NCBI RefSeq assembly: GCF_036321535.1
Contig: NC_087437.1
Span: forward strand, 115,570,001-115,634,000
Source: Camelus dromedarius
Taxonomy: Eukaryota
Length of the DNA: 64,000 nt
Direction: 5' to 3'
Shown one piece after another: positions 37,491-51,767 of this stretch. Within the stretch, counting starts at the first letter, position 1, and every line of letters begins with the position of its first letter. The notes under the pieces are model-generated. The model saw nothing but the letters and a program-made list of their open reading frames with translations. It ran no database searches and was not told the origin of the DNA. Both the position numbers and the translations under genes were made by a program.

Positions 37491-39904
37491 GATATTACAG
37501 GCTTTAAAGATAAATGTTTTACCCCATCCCATTGTTATCCCTAACAGTTTAATATACAGATTTAATCAAAGTATCGAACTGATAAACTTGAGCATTTATT
37601 TAGATCTTATGAGCAGTTTCATCCTGTTTGTAGCTGTTTTGGTTTGTAGGTTAAAGTATGTGTGTTCTGTGGTGATATATATTGGCCCCTAACTAGAAGG
37701 TTGTAAGAAATCAGTTCATTTGTCCTTAAAATTAGATAATTTACAGAAGCATAACATAGTTTCACCTTAATATATGTTTATTTAACACCTGCTGTGGAGG
37801 CAGGCACTGTGCTCTGTGCATGAGTAAGAGAAACTGACTGTCGGCAAGAGACGTATGTAGCCTGTGCTAGGATCATGCTGTTCCTTATTTCTGACTCATA
37901 AGCCCCTCCTTTTAAAAATTCTTTCATCCTTATCCCCTGATTAGCTTTCTCCCTCTCTTTCTGAACCATTTCTTCACATTCTAAATATTCCTAATGGACT
38001 CATTCACTTTTTCATTGAACAAATATTTATTGAATGCAGGCCATGCCCCAGGCACTGTTCTTGGTGTTAATGATATCCTGCTGAACCGAACTTCCTTGTG
38101 GATGTCCATTCAGTCACTCCCTTTGTGTACCTTTCTTTCCAGCCATCATTAAAAGTGCGACTGGCTATTCAGCATTTTTCTTCTCTTTTGTTACAGATGT
38201 GTCTTGTTGCTAGGGACCTTGCAGATTTCTTCCCACCTAAGCTTGGTTGCCCTTCCCTCACTTCTTAGGAGATTCTGTTTCAGAAACTTGGCCTCATAAA
38301 AGTTTCCACCTTTGAATGCTGTAGTTTTAATTACCTGTAATTATTTTCATTTATTTTTATTCTTTAATATTGTTCTGTCTCTTTAAAATCTAATGTGGAT
38401 TGATACTGTCATAAGGGTGGTCCCTTATCAACATAGTAATAATCAGAAGAAATTCGGGTTAGCTACAGGTGGAGCTCCATGTGGGTCTTAGATCAGAGAT
38501 TAAAAATGGTTGTTATTTTCACTCAGGGTCTCCTCCCAGGCTTTTCTCTTCGGTGTTTGCTCTCCTTTTAACCTCTGCTGTTTTGAGCCTTGCTGTCTCC
38601 CAGTCTCTGAGATCTGTTCAAGGAACGTTTCTCTCTAGAATCAGTGCTAATCTCTACTAGTGTTATGGTCTCTAGTTATAGCTTCTTGCTAGGACATAGT
38701 AACTTGGCTGGAGTGAGAAAGCTACTTCACTTTTTAGTAAACTTTAATTATCAACAAAATTTTAATGAACTTTTTTTAAAGTTTCAGAAATATCCTCATG
38801 GTAAAAAAGATCCACATAGTTCGGAATAATGTAAAAAAGTGAAGATACGACCCTACCCACATACTTTCTCCAAATTGCCTTTTGTAATATTTGGCAGCAA
38901 TTTAAAATATTATTTTGAAATTGAACTCCAAATAATGATTTCGAAGGTAATTTTGAATTAAATATAAATTTTTCATTAAAATGCCCGATATTGCAACATG
39001 TGACACATTCTTGGGCTAAAATATTGTAGCTGATTTTTAATTTAATTGATTACAGAGTATGTAATATGGTAGATATAGAGTAAACCGTATGACATTGCTG
39101 TTTTGTAGGCCAAAGGAGGTCTGATATTAGCAATTTCATGTAGTTCAACCTAACACTTTATTATCATCAGCTCTGTTATAGAATCAACTGAATCCTTTTT
39201 CTCATTAACATTTGTATTAAAAGGGAAGATGGAAACTTTAGAAAGAATAAAAACCATGATGATTTGCTTAATTATAAAATCAGGTTGGCAAGAGAGTCCC
39301 ACACTATTTGTCTTTTTGGAGTCTTACTCTAGGAGAGGGATGGATGAGGGAACACCTTAAATGCTTTCTGGCATCGTGGGAGGAAACTGAACTTGAGTCT
39401 CTTTGTGGATTTCACACACAGCAGTTGAGCTGAGAAAGGAGCAGTGAGCATGTGGCAGATGCGCCCAGACACAGACCATAAGTTGTGAGGCCTCAGCACT
39501 AGAAGCGTAATCTTCTTTCATGTCACTAAATAGATGGTAACGTTACTAAGTAGTTCTAATAGATGGTGGAGTAAATAGCCTTAAAAAAAAATCTCACAAG
39601 TGAGAAACATAGTTATTGCTAGTTAATCCACATTTAGATTACCTACAGCAAATTTTAAAAGGAACATCAGATTCTTTATCACCTACCATACCACCCTTAC
39701 ACATTGGGGTGTGTATTGGTCTTGAAAAAAAAAAACCCAAACAAACCCCAAAATCTTAACCTAGGAAGGTAAATGTGTGTGTGTGGGGGCCCTATAGTGT
39801 ATTGTGTAGTCAGACTATAGCTTATTTTTGGGTTATCTGCTAGTTTCATTAGTTGGAAAATAATCTTTTATTAAGGTGAGCCGTTAAATTTTTAAAAAAT
39901 GCTA

Positions 39905-40075
39905 TTCAAAGCAGCAATGGCATGATCTGGAGGCTTGTGGAGACTCTCAAGTCCTACCCTAGATCTATGGAATCAGAATCTGCAGTGTTTTTTGGTTTAG
40001 TTTTAAGAATCTGCAGTTTTAACAAGATACAAAGGCAATTCGTAAGCATGTTAAAGTTTGAGACACACTGTTATA
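39905..40075. mobile_element. MER5-type element with a small internal duplication (agaatctgcagt twice)
   Basis: gaatcagaatctgca...ttaacaagat...ttaaagtttgaga. Confidence 0.7.
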
Positions 40076-40389
40076 GATCATGAGCGGCATTGTTACCCCA
40101 CAAAACAATGCTGTAGTTAGTGTAACCTCAGTAAGTGCTTGTTGATTTTAATGCATGTAATTGGCTGGATGTAGATTCAGAAAATGAAACTAGTATTTTA
40201 GGAGTATAGTTATATAATAGTAATAATCAAGCAGCAGCTATCCATTTCTTTGTAATTCTTTCCTAGCTGTCTGGATATCACAAAATACCCACCTGTCCCT
40301 CTAAATGTATCCTTGAGTCTGATTCTGTTCACACTGGATGATTAGTTGCTGTCTTGTGACTGTGTGTGTGTATACATACACAAGTCAAC

Positions 40390-43054
40390 AATAGTATACA
40401 GATTAAAGGAGTAATTAGATTTTGATGAGTCAAGGATATATAATCTATATTGTAATGTATGAAATAACTAAAAATAATAAAGTAATTTGCATGCAAGGGG
40501 GGGGTGTAAAAAGATTAATCCAGCAGAAGATAAGAAAGGAGCATAAAACAGTTGGAATAAGTAGAAGGGTTACTAGTGTTCATACATGAATTAAACCCAT
40601 AGATAACTGTTTATAAGAGGTAAATCTAAAGTATAAGGAAATGTAACAGTTGAAAGCGAAAGGATGGACAAAACACATACATGCAAAGATGAAGAGTAGG
40701 CTTGGTGTGGTTATTAGTATATATTAGTATAGCAGAACACTATTGGAAACAGAGGGACAACTTAAAACGATAAAAGATTTTATTCATCAGGAAGGTATAA
40801 GAGCTTTAAATTTATATAATCCAGTAACATAACTTTTTAAATGGGAGATTTTTAATACACCTCTCGCTAACTGATAGCAAGGATGAGTGCAGAAATAGAA
40901 GATAAATATAAAAGAATATACTTAATAAAATTAATAAACCTTTGATTTATTAATCAAACTGATCACAATCAAAGACTTATCACACAGAAGAAAGAGGTTG
41001 TCTTAGCCAGTATTAGGTGAAGGAGCTGTCACTACAAACATTGAAAAGCTTTCAAGAGAGGATATTGTGAGGAAAGTGATACCAGTGCATTTGAAATTTA
41101 GGTGAAGTTCACATACTATTAGAAAAATACAACCTACCCAAACAGACACCGGGAAATACAAAATCTGAATGGTCATATTAAAGAAATAGTACCTTTAATA
41201 GAAAAATCTACCCACAAAGAAAACTCCAGGTCCAGATGATTTCACCAGTGAATCTACTACAGAAGGATAGTTATGACCAAATTGAATTCCAGGAATGCAC
41301 AGTGAATGGTTTACCATTCATAAACCGATCAGTGTAGTTGACCACATTAGCCGAGTAAATCAGAAAAGTCATGTTATTTCAATGGATGCAGAAAAAGCAC
41401 TTAATAAAATTCAGCATCCATTTGAGGAAAAAGTTTTAGCAAACTAGGATTAGAAGGGAATTTCTTTAACCTGATAGTCGTTCTCAGTTAAATACCTACA
41501 GCAACCACGATACTGAAGAGATATTGAAAGCTTTCTTTCTGAGGTTGGGAATAAGACAGTAGCACCTGTATCTCCTCTTCTAATCACCACTGTATTGGAG
41601 GTCCCAGCAGGGAGAGTAAGGCAAAGGGAAGAGGGGAAAAAAAACTATTCAAGTCACCAGTTTTGCTAGTAGTTACTTATTAAACAGTGCAGATAAATCC
41701 ATCATTGCAGAACATTCTGTTGGACAGCCCTGTTTGAGATAATGCAGATTCAATCAGAACCCCAGCATGAGTTTGTTTATTTTGGTGAATTTGATGAGCT
41801 AATTCTAAAACATAGATGGACACACAAAAGGCTAAGGGTAGGCAAACATTCTTGAAGAAGAACAAAATTCTCTACTAGATATTCAAATTTCTGAAGCTGT
41901 TATAATTTAGACAACGTCTGGTTCTTAGGCAAAGACATAAGAAACCTAGGTAAGTCTGTATCCAGCAGATCAAAGAATCCAAAAACAGATCCAGGCATAT
42001 GTGGGAATATGATTTATGATAAAGATGACATTACAAGACATTGGGGAAAGTTTGTCCTTTTAACGACTGGTTCCTAGTTAATTGGATGTCCATTCTGGGG
42101 GAAGTGAAACTTGATTGCTATCACAAACACAGAAATCAGATCTAAGAGCATTGCCCGTCTCTAGGTGTGAATGGTAAAACTGAACTTTTGGAAGATAACA
42201 TAGAATTTCTTCATGACTTTGATATAAGGAAAGATTTCTTAAAACAGACAGCAAAAGAACTAACTTTAAACAAAAGTTGGTAAAATTAAGAGATCACATT
42301 CATCAAAAAAATAACACTAAGAGAGTGGCAGTGCAAAGCATCTAATCAATAAGGGCTTACATCCAAAGTATGTTAAAAATAGACTTTTTAAAAAATGTAG
42401 AAATTTGTACGAAAAGACTCTCTTCATAGAAAAATGGAAAAACAATCTGGGCATTTCACAAAAGTGGATATCCAAGTGGCCAGTAAATAAATGAAAAGGT
42501 GCTCACAGTCATCAGGAAAACACATTAAAATCACAATGGAGTACCAATACACTGTCGTGGCTGAAATCAGAGATACTGATGATTCCAGGTGTTGGTGAAG
42601 GAATGGAGTGGAGCACAGGGAGTTTTCATAAACTGCTAGGGAAAAATTAGATGAAAAACAAAAAAAAATAGGACAGCATCTCTATATATGCAGAAAGACT
42701 TATAACAAAAATCTTCCTAGTGGCAGTATTCATAATAGCTCTGAACTGGAAATAATCCAGTGTCAATCAAAAGAAGAATGGATAAATAAATCGTCACTTG
42801 TTCATACAGTGGGGTACTATAAAGTAATGATAGTGAACAAACTGTAGCTTAAACAGATTCACTTATATAAAGTTAAAACTAATCTGATTATGGAGTTCAG
42901 GATATTAATGACTTTTGGGGGAGAGAGAATTCAGCATTGACTGTGAGTGGTTGTGGACCAGTGGTGGGGTGGTTCTGGGAAGATGGCAGTTTTTATTATT
43001 CCTGCCTGACAAGTTCAGTTGATGATAATTGTTTAAGCTGTATTCTAATTTCTG

Positions 43055-43055
<1 letters not shown>
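40390..43055 (+). mobile_element. Decayed L1M ORF2 and 3' UTR, sense, with internal deletions
   Basis: cccacaaagaaaactccaggtccagatgatttcaccagtgaa; gatgcagaaaaagcacttaataaaattca; gaatggataaataaat. Confidence 0.88.

Positions 43056-43058
<3 letters not shown>

Positions 43059-43092
<34 letters not shown>
43059..43092 (+). repeat. (TA)17 microsatellite at the L1 tail
   Basis: Counted directly. Confidence 0.97.
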
Positions 43093-43097
<5 letters not shown>

Positions 43098-43689
43098 AGT
43101 TTAAGCATAGAATTTAATAATGGCACTGATAATAGAAATCGAAATTAATTTTTTAAAAAAATGGTTATTATGTGCTGGGTTCTATTCTGCATGTCTACTT
43201 GTGGTATCTCATTTAAACTTTGTGACAGACCTAAGGGACTGGGGTTAGTGTAATAACACCTCTGCTGTAGGCAGGGAAACTAGGGCCGAGAGTTGCTGTC
43301 TTTATGATGCAGGGTCTTAGTTTTTTTACTGTTTATTTCTGAGTTGTTTGTATATCAAGGACCTCAGTTCTTTTCATATATATATTTTATTTATTTATAT
43401 TCCTTCCCAGTTTTCTTTTGTTTTTAACATGCAGATTTAAGCATACACCCCCCCACCCCCACACCAATTATTTGACATTTAGATTTCCAGTTGTTTGCTG
43501 TTGCAAACAGTACCAGGTTATATATTGTTTCCTAACTGTATTTGTGCATAGCATCTATTATTTCCTTCGGATGTAATCAACCCCCACCCCCTTTAAACTG
43601 AACAGAATTGTTCCACATAATTGAATTAACTGAATGTATTTTAAATTCTGATTAATGAATTGTTTAGATAAGTTACCCCATTTGCCATG

Positions 43690-44230
43690 AAGACGTGGTC
43701 CTTTAACGTGTTCAGCAGACGTTTATCAGTCATATACTCTGGGTCAGTTAAGGGCCTCGTGCTGCGAAAGGAGGGGACAGGCCGAGGTCTAAAAGCAGAG
43801 CTAATGCAGGTGATGTGCACTTGTAAGCAGGGGTGAAGACTTGAGATTTGCACTTTAGAAAGGCCGCTGTAGCCATCTCACTGAAGAAATACAGAATTGC
43901 AGATGGGCAAGGTAAAGACAGAGCGAGCTGTTAGGGATCTGTTGCAGTTGTCTGAGTGCGGCATGGGGTGACGGAGGCGGGAAAGAGAGGTGGTATCTGA
44001 GTGTTCTGCAGGAGGTGGGAACAAGATGGGGCTGTTACTTGTGAGAGGTGGTTTGTGGACGAAAAGAGCTCTACTGTGACTCCCAGAGCCTTGATTCTGA
44101 TTGGCTCATGGGAGACAGTGGCATTCGCTGTGGGAGAATATGGAAGTGGAACTTCTATTTTGGGGGGAATTGAGCTTTGTTGTCTTTAGTTTGCAGAATC
44201 CGTGCGACATTCAGGTAGAGGTTGTACACT
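43690..44230 (-). mobile_element. L2 fragments, followed by a MIR at about 44310-44490
   Basis: L2-like purine-rich body. MIR motif aaggccacacagctggttaagt...gagctgaaattt. Confidence 0.55.
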
Positions 44231-45425
44231 CCACGAGAAGGGTGCTCGTCTCTTCATCGTGAATGTACCTTTCAGTGCGGTGACTGCAGCAGATGTTAAG
44301 CTAGCTGTCACTGCCAGAGCTTTTCTCAGTACTTTACACGTATTAAAGTGCTTAACCTTCGCCACAGCTGTTTGAGGTACATATTATTATCATTATCAGG
44401 ACATTAGGTGTGCAAGGCCACACAGCTGGTTAAGTATGGAGCTGAAATTTCAAACTGCAGCAGCCTGGCTAAGAGTCTGTGCTCTTCACTTTTGGACCAG
44501 TGCTGGTGTGTGTTTTGAAACAAGTCAGCTTGAGAAAAAGTACCATGGTGCTAAACAGTGTGGTGAGAGTTCGGTGGTTTACTTAGAAAAACAAAACAAA
44601 AAAAAACAGGTATTCTGGGCCAGTGTTGGTTGACCAGGGTTTTATGCTTTGCCTTCTGACTTTAGTTTGTGATTGAAAGTTTTGTTGACTATAAGAAGAA
44701 AAGTCTTTCTTTTCTTAAGGAAAAAGTAACTTTTGTTAGTTAGCTAGCAAGTACTTTTATGGACCAAAATGTTAATTTTCCATTTCTACCATGAAAAATC
44801 ATGACCATGGTCTCAGCCTACCTGCGAAATAATTATTGACTGTCATTTTGTGGCAGGCTTGCCTGGTCTAGGTTCTCTTGGGACTGTGTAAGAAGAGTCC
44901 AGAGGAATACAGCAGCCTGTGAATTTATTTCCATGTGTTGTGTGCTCAGCCTTTAATTACCTGTGTCAGTGGCGAGCACCATTAGGACGAATTTCTCACC
45001 TGCTTTGGAGGATGCCAGGGGGGCTGATTGCCGTACACCTGGCAGGTGTAAAGCGGAGCCTCAGCAGTGCTCCTCTGAACTGATTGCTAAAGAGCTGCCC
45101 CACTGGACAGGCCTGGTGCGGGCATTCAGAGATTACTTTTGCAATTTACGGTTCTCAACTGATGAAAATCTTGTATGTGAAAAAGTATTAAAGGTTGTTT
45201 CCATTGCTTTACAAAAAGATGTGTTTTAAGATTTTCTCTTAAAACAGATTTATAGATACTCACTTTAATCACTACTGGATTCTATACCATTTAACGTACA
45301 ACATTTGTGTTGAGTATCATATCCTTGTTTGTAGTATTAAAGGTTTTTAATATAATTGAACATCCTAAAGTTCTTAATTTAAAGAACTATCAAATAGATC
45401 AGAAGGTACAAACATTAGGATATGA

Positions 45426-45710
<285 letters not shown>

Positions 45711-48067
45711 TAAAATGGTGTAATAGAAAACAGGCAAATACCTTAATGGTTTTCAGTTTTACGTGTCACATGGGACTTCACATTAACAAAATACAATGTT
45801 AAGAAGTTTGCATTAAAATTTTTGTTGGTTTTTTTCTCTTTCCCCTATGTTTTTCACTTTAATTAAAAAACACATATAAACATAAGCACATTCTCTCATT
45901 TTGCAATAAGGGGGAAAGTTATTTCTAGAGAATATTAGTTAAAGAAACTGGAAGCTTATTTTTAGGGAAAGATGGTTAAGTAGAAAAATTTAAGTTATAG
46001 GAAAACAAGTCAGATTCCATTATAGTAAACTGATGGAGCTGATTTTATGCTGTTATAAACTACTTTATACACATACCTACAAGTAAATGTGAAACTCCTT
46101 AAAATTAATGTAAATTAGTTATGCTGCTCATTCTAATATTCAGACTAGAGATTCAGTAATTTTCCATAAGAATAGTATGAAGTGAGTAAGTGCTGAAATC
46201 TCTTGACCTACATACATATATGCATGTGTGTATGTATTTTTAATATCTTCCTGAATTAACTGCATCTACTATGTTGATTTTTGGTTTGGGAAGGATTTTT
46301 TTTTTAACTAGCTATAGTTGTGGTAAAGTTTCTTTCCCTCTGAGGTTGAGTGTGTGATGAGCACTGAAAGTGGCTGTTTTTCCATGTACTTAGGAATTTG
46401 GTTTGCCACTGTTTACTTAGGTCTTTTAATATGATCAAAAACTTGGAAAGTTTCAGAGTATTTCTTTTACTGGAGTATTTGAGGGAAATTAGTTTTTTCT
46501 AACTTAATAGTATGTGGTTTTAATAAGCTATTGGCTACAGTTAAGTAACGCCATTATTTGAGGACACCCTTGTATGTATTAAAATAAAATATTGTCAATA
46601 GTTGACCTGATTCTACATTTATAAAATGTATTACAGCATGTAAATAACATTCACAATAAAATAGTAAAATAAATTATGGCGGGACTTAAGAATTCTTCTA
46701 TGCAGTAAATTGAGGAATTGTATGTTTGAGAATTAGAGTAGTTGGTCAAAACTGGAAAGTGTGTGTGTACCAGAAGAAAATTCTCTGGACTTCCACATAA
46801 TGATAGCATAATGATCCATTTGCATCGTACTTGTAAGAAACAAAGTATGTTTGGATTCATTTTCCCGCTTGTTCAGAAGCAGCCTATCAGGCAGGCTGCC
46901 TGTTCTTAATCTGTTTTGCAGCTGAAGGGACTTGAGCTCCCATTTGTGATCTCTCCAAGTATGTAGGCAGTAGACTCTGGGGTCCCCCCCAGGCTTCTTT
47001 CTTTTATACATACAGTGCACTTTACGCTCTAACATCTGGCATCTGCAAAGGACTAGGAAAAAACCCAGTCCTTTAAAGTTATTTTTATGGTTATGTTATT
47101 GTAGTAGATAATCTAGTTAGCTAGCAAAGTACCTATTTTTAGATACAACTAACATCTTATTTGTGGTTTGTTTTCAAATAAGAGATAAGTTAATTTAGTA
47201 TCCATTTTAAGCTGTAGAATATTTTTTGATTCATATTGTATAAAAAAACAATCTTTTAAGTAATAATATTCAGCCAGATATTTTTGCCAAACTCCAGAAT
47301 TTTCCGAACCGAAGGCAGTCAGATTAAAAGCTTTCTTCTAACTGAAGTGTAAAACACTAAAACTGTGTGCTGATGTGGCCTGGTCTACCAGACGTGGGTT
47401 CCAGATCTTGACTAATGATCTAGTTGTGTAACTTGAGTCAGGCCACATGGACCCTTCTCTCTGTTCCTTGAATGTAAGATTGGACTAGACTAGACATCCC
47501 ACTCACCCAAGTGCCTTCTAGCTCTAAACTTTGGTAGTTTCATTATTTGATTTCCATTGTTTCTTGTTAATCATCCTGTCAGTGTCTTTACAGTAGGGTT
47601 TATTGTACAAGTAAATTGAAATGAACTTACTTTAACATTTCATTTCTGGTAATTAATCCTTCTAATATGTGTGTTTCATATAAATTTAAACACAGTTTTG
47701 TTGAAAAAATAAATGTAGTAAAAGTGTGGAAAAGTATGGTTACTGTTTGGAATGCTGAGCCTGTTTGGGCTATTACAGTTTTCACTGCACCTTTCATGGT
47801 TCTTAAACTTGTGTTCTGCATATGTGTTATGTATGCCGTTCAGCTTTATTAATAGGTCTCAAGATAGCAAGAATGGCAGGATATAGTGTTTCTTACTCTA
47901 CTATACATGAAAATATGAGGTAAATGTAAATAAAATGGATAGAATAGGTATTATTAAACTAGGAAACAATTTTTTAATGAAGTCCTGGCACTTACACTAT
48001 GGAATCTTTTCAAGAAAAAAAGATTGTTTAGCTCTTGTAACTGATCTAAGCAGGAGGTGAGAACTAC

Positions 48068-48071
<4 letters not shown>

Positions 48072-48098
<27 letters not shown>
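48072..48098 (+). repeat. Poly-T tract (T27)
   Basis: Counted directly. Confidence 0.95.
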
Positions 48099-49239
48099 GT
48101 CTTTGTGATCTGGGTCTTCACACAGAAAGGTCAGGAGATTTGGAGCCTTGGAGGTGTGGCTGTTTTTGGCTCCCAGAGCCAGATAGCTGAGGAGGCAGCA
48201 GGAGAATTATCTCAGCAGCAATCCCTTTTGCAGGGAGGACGTTGAGCAGCGGTGTGGAGGGGAGCTCGCTACCTGCAGCAGCTTGGTGAGCTCCTGGGTC
48301 CTCTGAACCACTGGGTTTTCTCACCCAGCTGGGGAAGGGAAGAAGGGAGCTTGTTACATTACATTCTCCTGACTTTGTGACTGTGGAAGTTGGAAGTGGA
48401 CAAAGCATCAGGTGGTTAGGGCTGGTTTGAGTTTGAGTATAAATTTGTAACTGTGTATTTGGAAAAATTATTTTCTAATTCTGGATTTGTGATTATGGCA
48501 TTACAGTAGTGAAAAACAGAAAATTTGGTTATCTAACATGAAATCACAATGAAAGTTAGTAAAGAAAGTGTTGTATTGTTTGTAGGAATTAATTTGTTCT
48601 TCCCATGTGTTTTGAGCATCTACTCTGTACAAGGCACTATTGGAAGCACTGAAGTACAGTCTGATCCAAAGGCCAATTTTTTGTGGATGGAATGCATCTG
48701 GTTTATATATACATATGTTCCTGAAATAGTAACTTTTGTTGCCAAAAGTATGTAAGAAAAGTTAAGATATTTAGAATTAGCTATTTGACTTGGCCTTGTA
48801 GGCGGTTTGGCCAGTTGTGAAAAGGTTAGCAGTGTCGTGACATGGCCAAGTGCGTAGGGCACACTTACACACTGTGTGCATAAAAATGTGGTAGTCAGAA
48901 TTACTTTCATAGCCAATTTCAGGTCTGTGCAGTACATTAAAAAATCTTTTTTTGATTGTGTGATTTTGGTGTTTTAAGTGAGCATAGTTACTCCTGGAAA
49001 GATGTAGTCATTGGTTCAAAATTTTCCAGTGTTTGAAATACCAGTGGAATTGTAAGTGAGCAAGTTGAAAACTTAAACATATTTATAGTTTTGAACATAA
49101 CTAATTTTAATAAATGCATATGTTTGTTTTATTGGTATATATTATGCATGGCTCGATTATTTTGCCCAACAAATAGCCTAAAAATGATTCCGCCAAGAAG
49201 CTAGAATAGACTCCTAAAATTAACAGGGAGCCCCTGGCC

Positions 49240-49490
49240 CAGTGCTGTGATTCAGAGCGTGGGGTTGGGCGTGAGACTGCCTTAGTTCTCTTCTCATCTG
49301 TATTATTTTACTGGCTCTAGGACCTTGGTCAAGTAATTTTACATCAGGAACACAGGTTTCTCATTTGTAAAATGGTGACAGGAGCATTACTTATTTTCGT
49401 GAGATTGTTGAGAAGATTACATGAAAGATGTAAAAATATGCATGCCCAAAATACAGTGTATAGCAAACACTTGCTGCTGCAGTTTTATTT
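49240..49490 (-). mobile_element. MIR SINE
   Basis: gaccttggtcaagtaa...tttctcatttgtaaaatgg...gattgttgagaagatta. Confidence 0.75.
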
Positions 49491-50804
49491 TATTGTTAAC
49501 TACTTAAGTAATTCATTTGTCTCTAATGATAGTTATACCTTCTGTCAACTCTTACTACAGTGGTAATGAAGTATTTCACTGGTTCGGATTTTGTGAAACC
49601 TCACAGTGAGGCTGCACTCCAGTAGTCCAATAAGGGTCTTGCCGAGAACATTACCTGCTTGAAAACAATGCCAGTGCTTAAAAAACAGGAAAGGAAATAG
49701 ATTATGAGAACCCTGTTTCATTACCTTAAATGCTTACAACTTCATTCGCATGAAAATAACTGGCATGCTTATACTGATATTGTCTATTCCTTCAGTTTCC
49801 AAGGACTGGTACGAGAGCCAAATATTCTGTGAGTCTAGTTGTACCTGTTTATATTTAAAAAAATAAAACAATATGTATTTTAAAAATTAATTCAGATTGT
49901 CTCATTAAGTCTTACTATATTTTCAGACAAATAGTTATAATCACCGTTTGTCCCCTTAAACCTTATTTGGAACTTTGAGAAGGAGAGATCATGGGAAAAG
50001 ATCATCATTAACTGAATACAGTAATTCAGTGAATATTCTATCTGGGTAACAACTTACAGAATTTGAGTGTAGATGCAGAGGAAATCAGTGTTAAAAATCG
50101 GTTTGCTCACTGCTGTGGTCCCTCCACCTTCTCATGCTGCGGGATGGTGATTCTTTTCTGTTGCGTCCATTGTTACCGCTACCCTCCTCTCTTCTTTTTT
50201 GTTAGTGTGAGTTAACTTGGTTAATTTTCCCAAGACTCCAGACATTTCTGTTAGGCCTTAGTGTGATGTGTTTGCTTTCTCTCTGCCCTTCAAATTGACC
50301 AGAGTGTCCTTTGAAAGGGGCTGCATCAGGGGCTCCTGGCTCAGTAGATTTTGCTGGTATAAATGTCTGTAAAAGAGCTAGACAGGAATCCAAGGATGGC
50401 TAGTGGTAGGGACTGTAGGTACCTTGATGTAATTAATTGGTTTTGAGGATCTGGATCTCTTGGTTGCAAGAAGCCCCACTGGGAACCCTTTTACTGAGGC
50501 TTGCCACGTGGCAGAGTGGGGTGGGAACAACAATCCAGCATCACTGGCATGCTAGTTGCAGTGTCCCTGGGTGTGCTTGTGTATGGAGGACATTCGTGTT
50601 CCTGCTCCAGCCCCCGTCTAGCAGGAAGCTCACAGTTGTACTCTGACTGCTTACTGGGTGATGAAAGACGTGGTTTAGCGTTGCGCTGAGAGTACGGCTG
50701 AAATGAGTTTTTTAAAAGAAAGTTTCATTAGCTTTAAGGTGTCCTCTGGAACTTATTTGTGGTCAGCTCTTAGTGTAATCAGAAGTAGAGATACTGGTAT
50801 TATG

Positions 50805-51060
50805 GATTCATTTGTTTATTCAACAGATATTTATTAAAGAACCTACCATGTGCCAGGCACTGTTGTAGGCAAAGGTAATACAACATTGAACAAAATCCCT
50901 GTGCCACATGGAGTTTTCTTTGTAGTGGAAGGAGGACAAACGAAAACCAGTAAATGAGTAAATGTATACTAGCATGTCAGGTGGTGATAACTCAGCAGGG
51001 CGGGGGCGAAGGGAACGTGGAGGGCAAGCTCAGATGCGTCAGGTGGAGGGCATGCTTTAC
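50805..51060 (-). mobile_element. L2 3' end
   Basis: attcatttgtttattcaacagatatttatt...acctaccatgtgccaggcactgtt. Confidence 0.8.
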
Positions 51061-51602
51061 TCAATTATGGTAAAGAAGTGAGTGCAGATTTCAGCCTTGC
51101 TTACATTATAGGCAGACACTTGTTGGAGGGCAGGCTCTCGGGGTGTTGGGAGCTGCACTTCTGCAGCACCAAACTCCATCTCTGCCCTGTGACCAGCTTG
51201 CACCATGGTGCCAGCTGGGTCCTAAAATCTTGTCTTAGGAGGCTGGAAGATGAGTTAGTCTTTGCCTGCTGTGAACCAGGTCAGGCTTAGGAATAATTCA
51301 GAAGTTTTTCCTTGGCTAATTGTATGATGGAGAAGCCCTCTTGGGCAGCATATCATGCATGTCTCCTGAACCAGGGGTATGTCTATAATGCTGTTGTTTA
51401 ATTTGGGGAACAGAATTGAAGCCTTGGGCAGCTGGGCATATTATCTTCTCGTTTCATTCATTTTTCCAGTGGTTGTCTTCATTGGATTCCAGTTAAAAGA
51501 GATAACTGAAACTTCTAATGTAGATGTCTTTTTTTTTTTTTTTTAGTAATACATATACACAGGTTACAAAAGAGGGAATTCATGCCAGTACAGTATAGTT
51601 AA

Positions 51603-51767
<165 letters not shown>

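Noticed and set aside
40390..43055. Possible intact or domesticated reverse transcriptase
   Set aside because: The L1 ORF2 remnant is full of stops, frameshifts and deletions, and no long ORF appears in the track.
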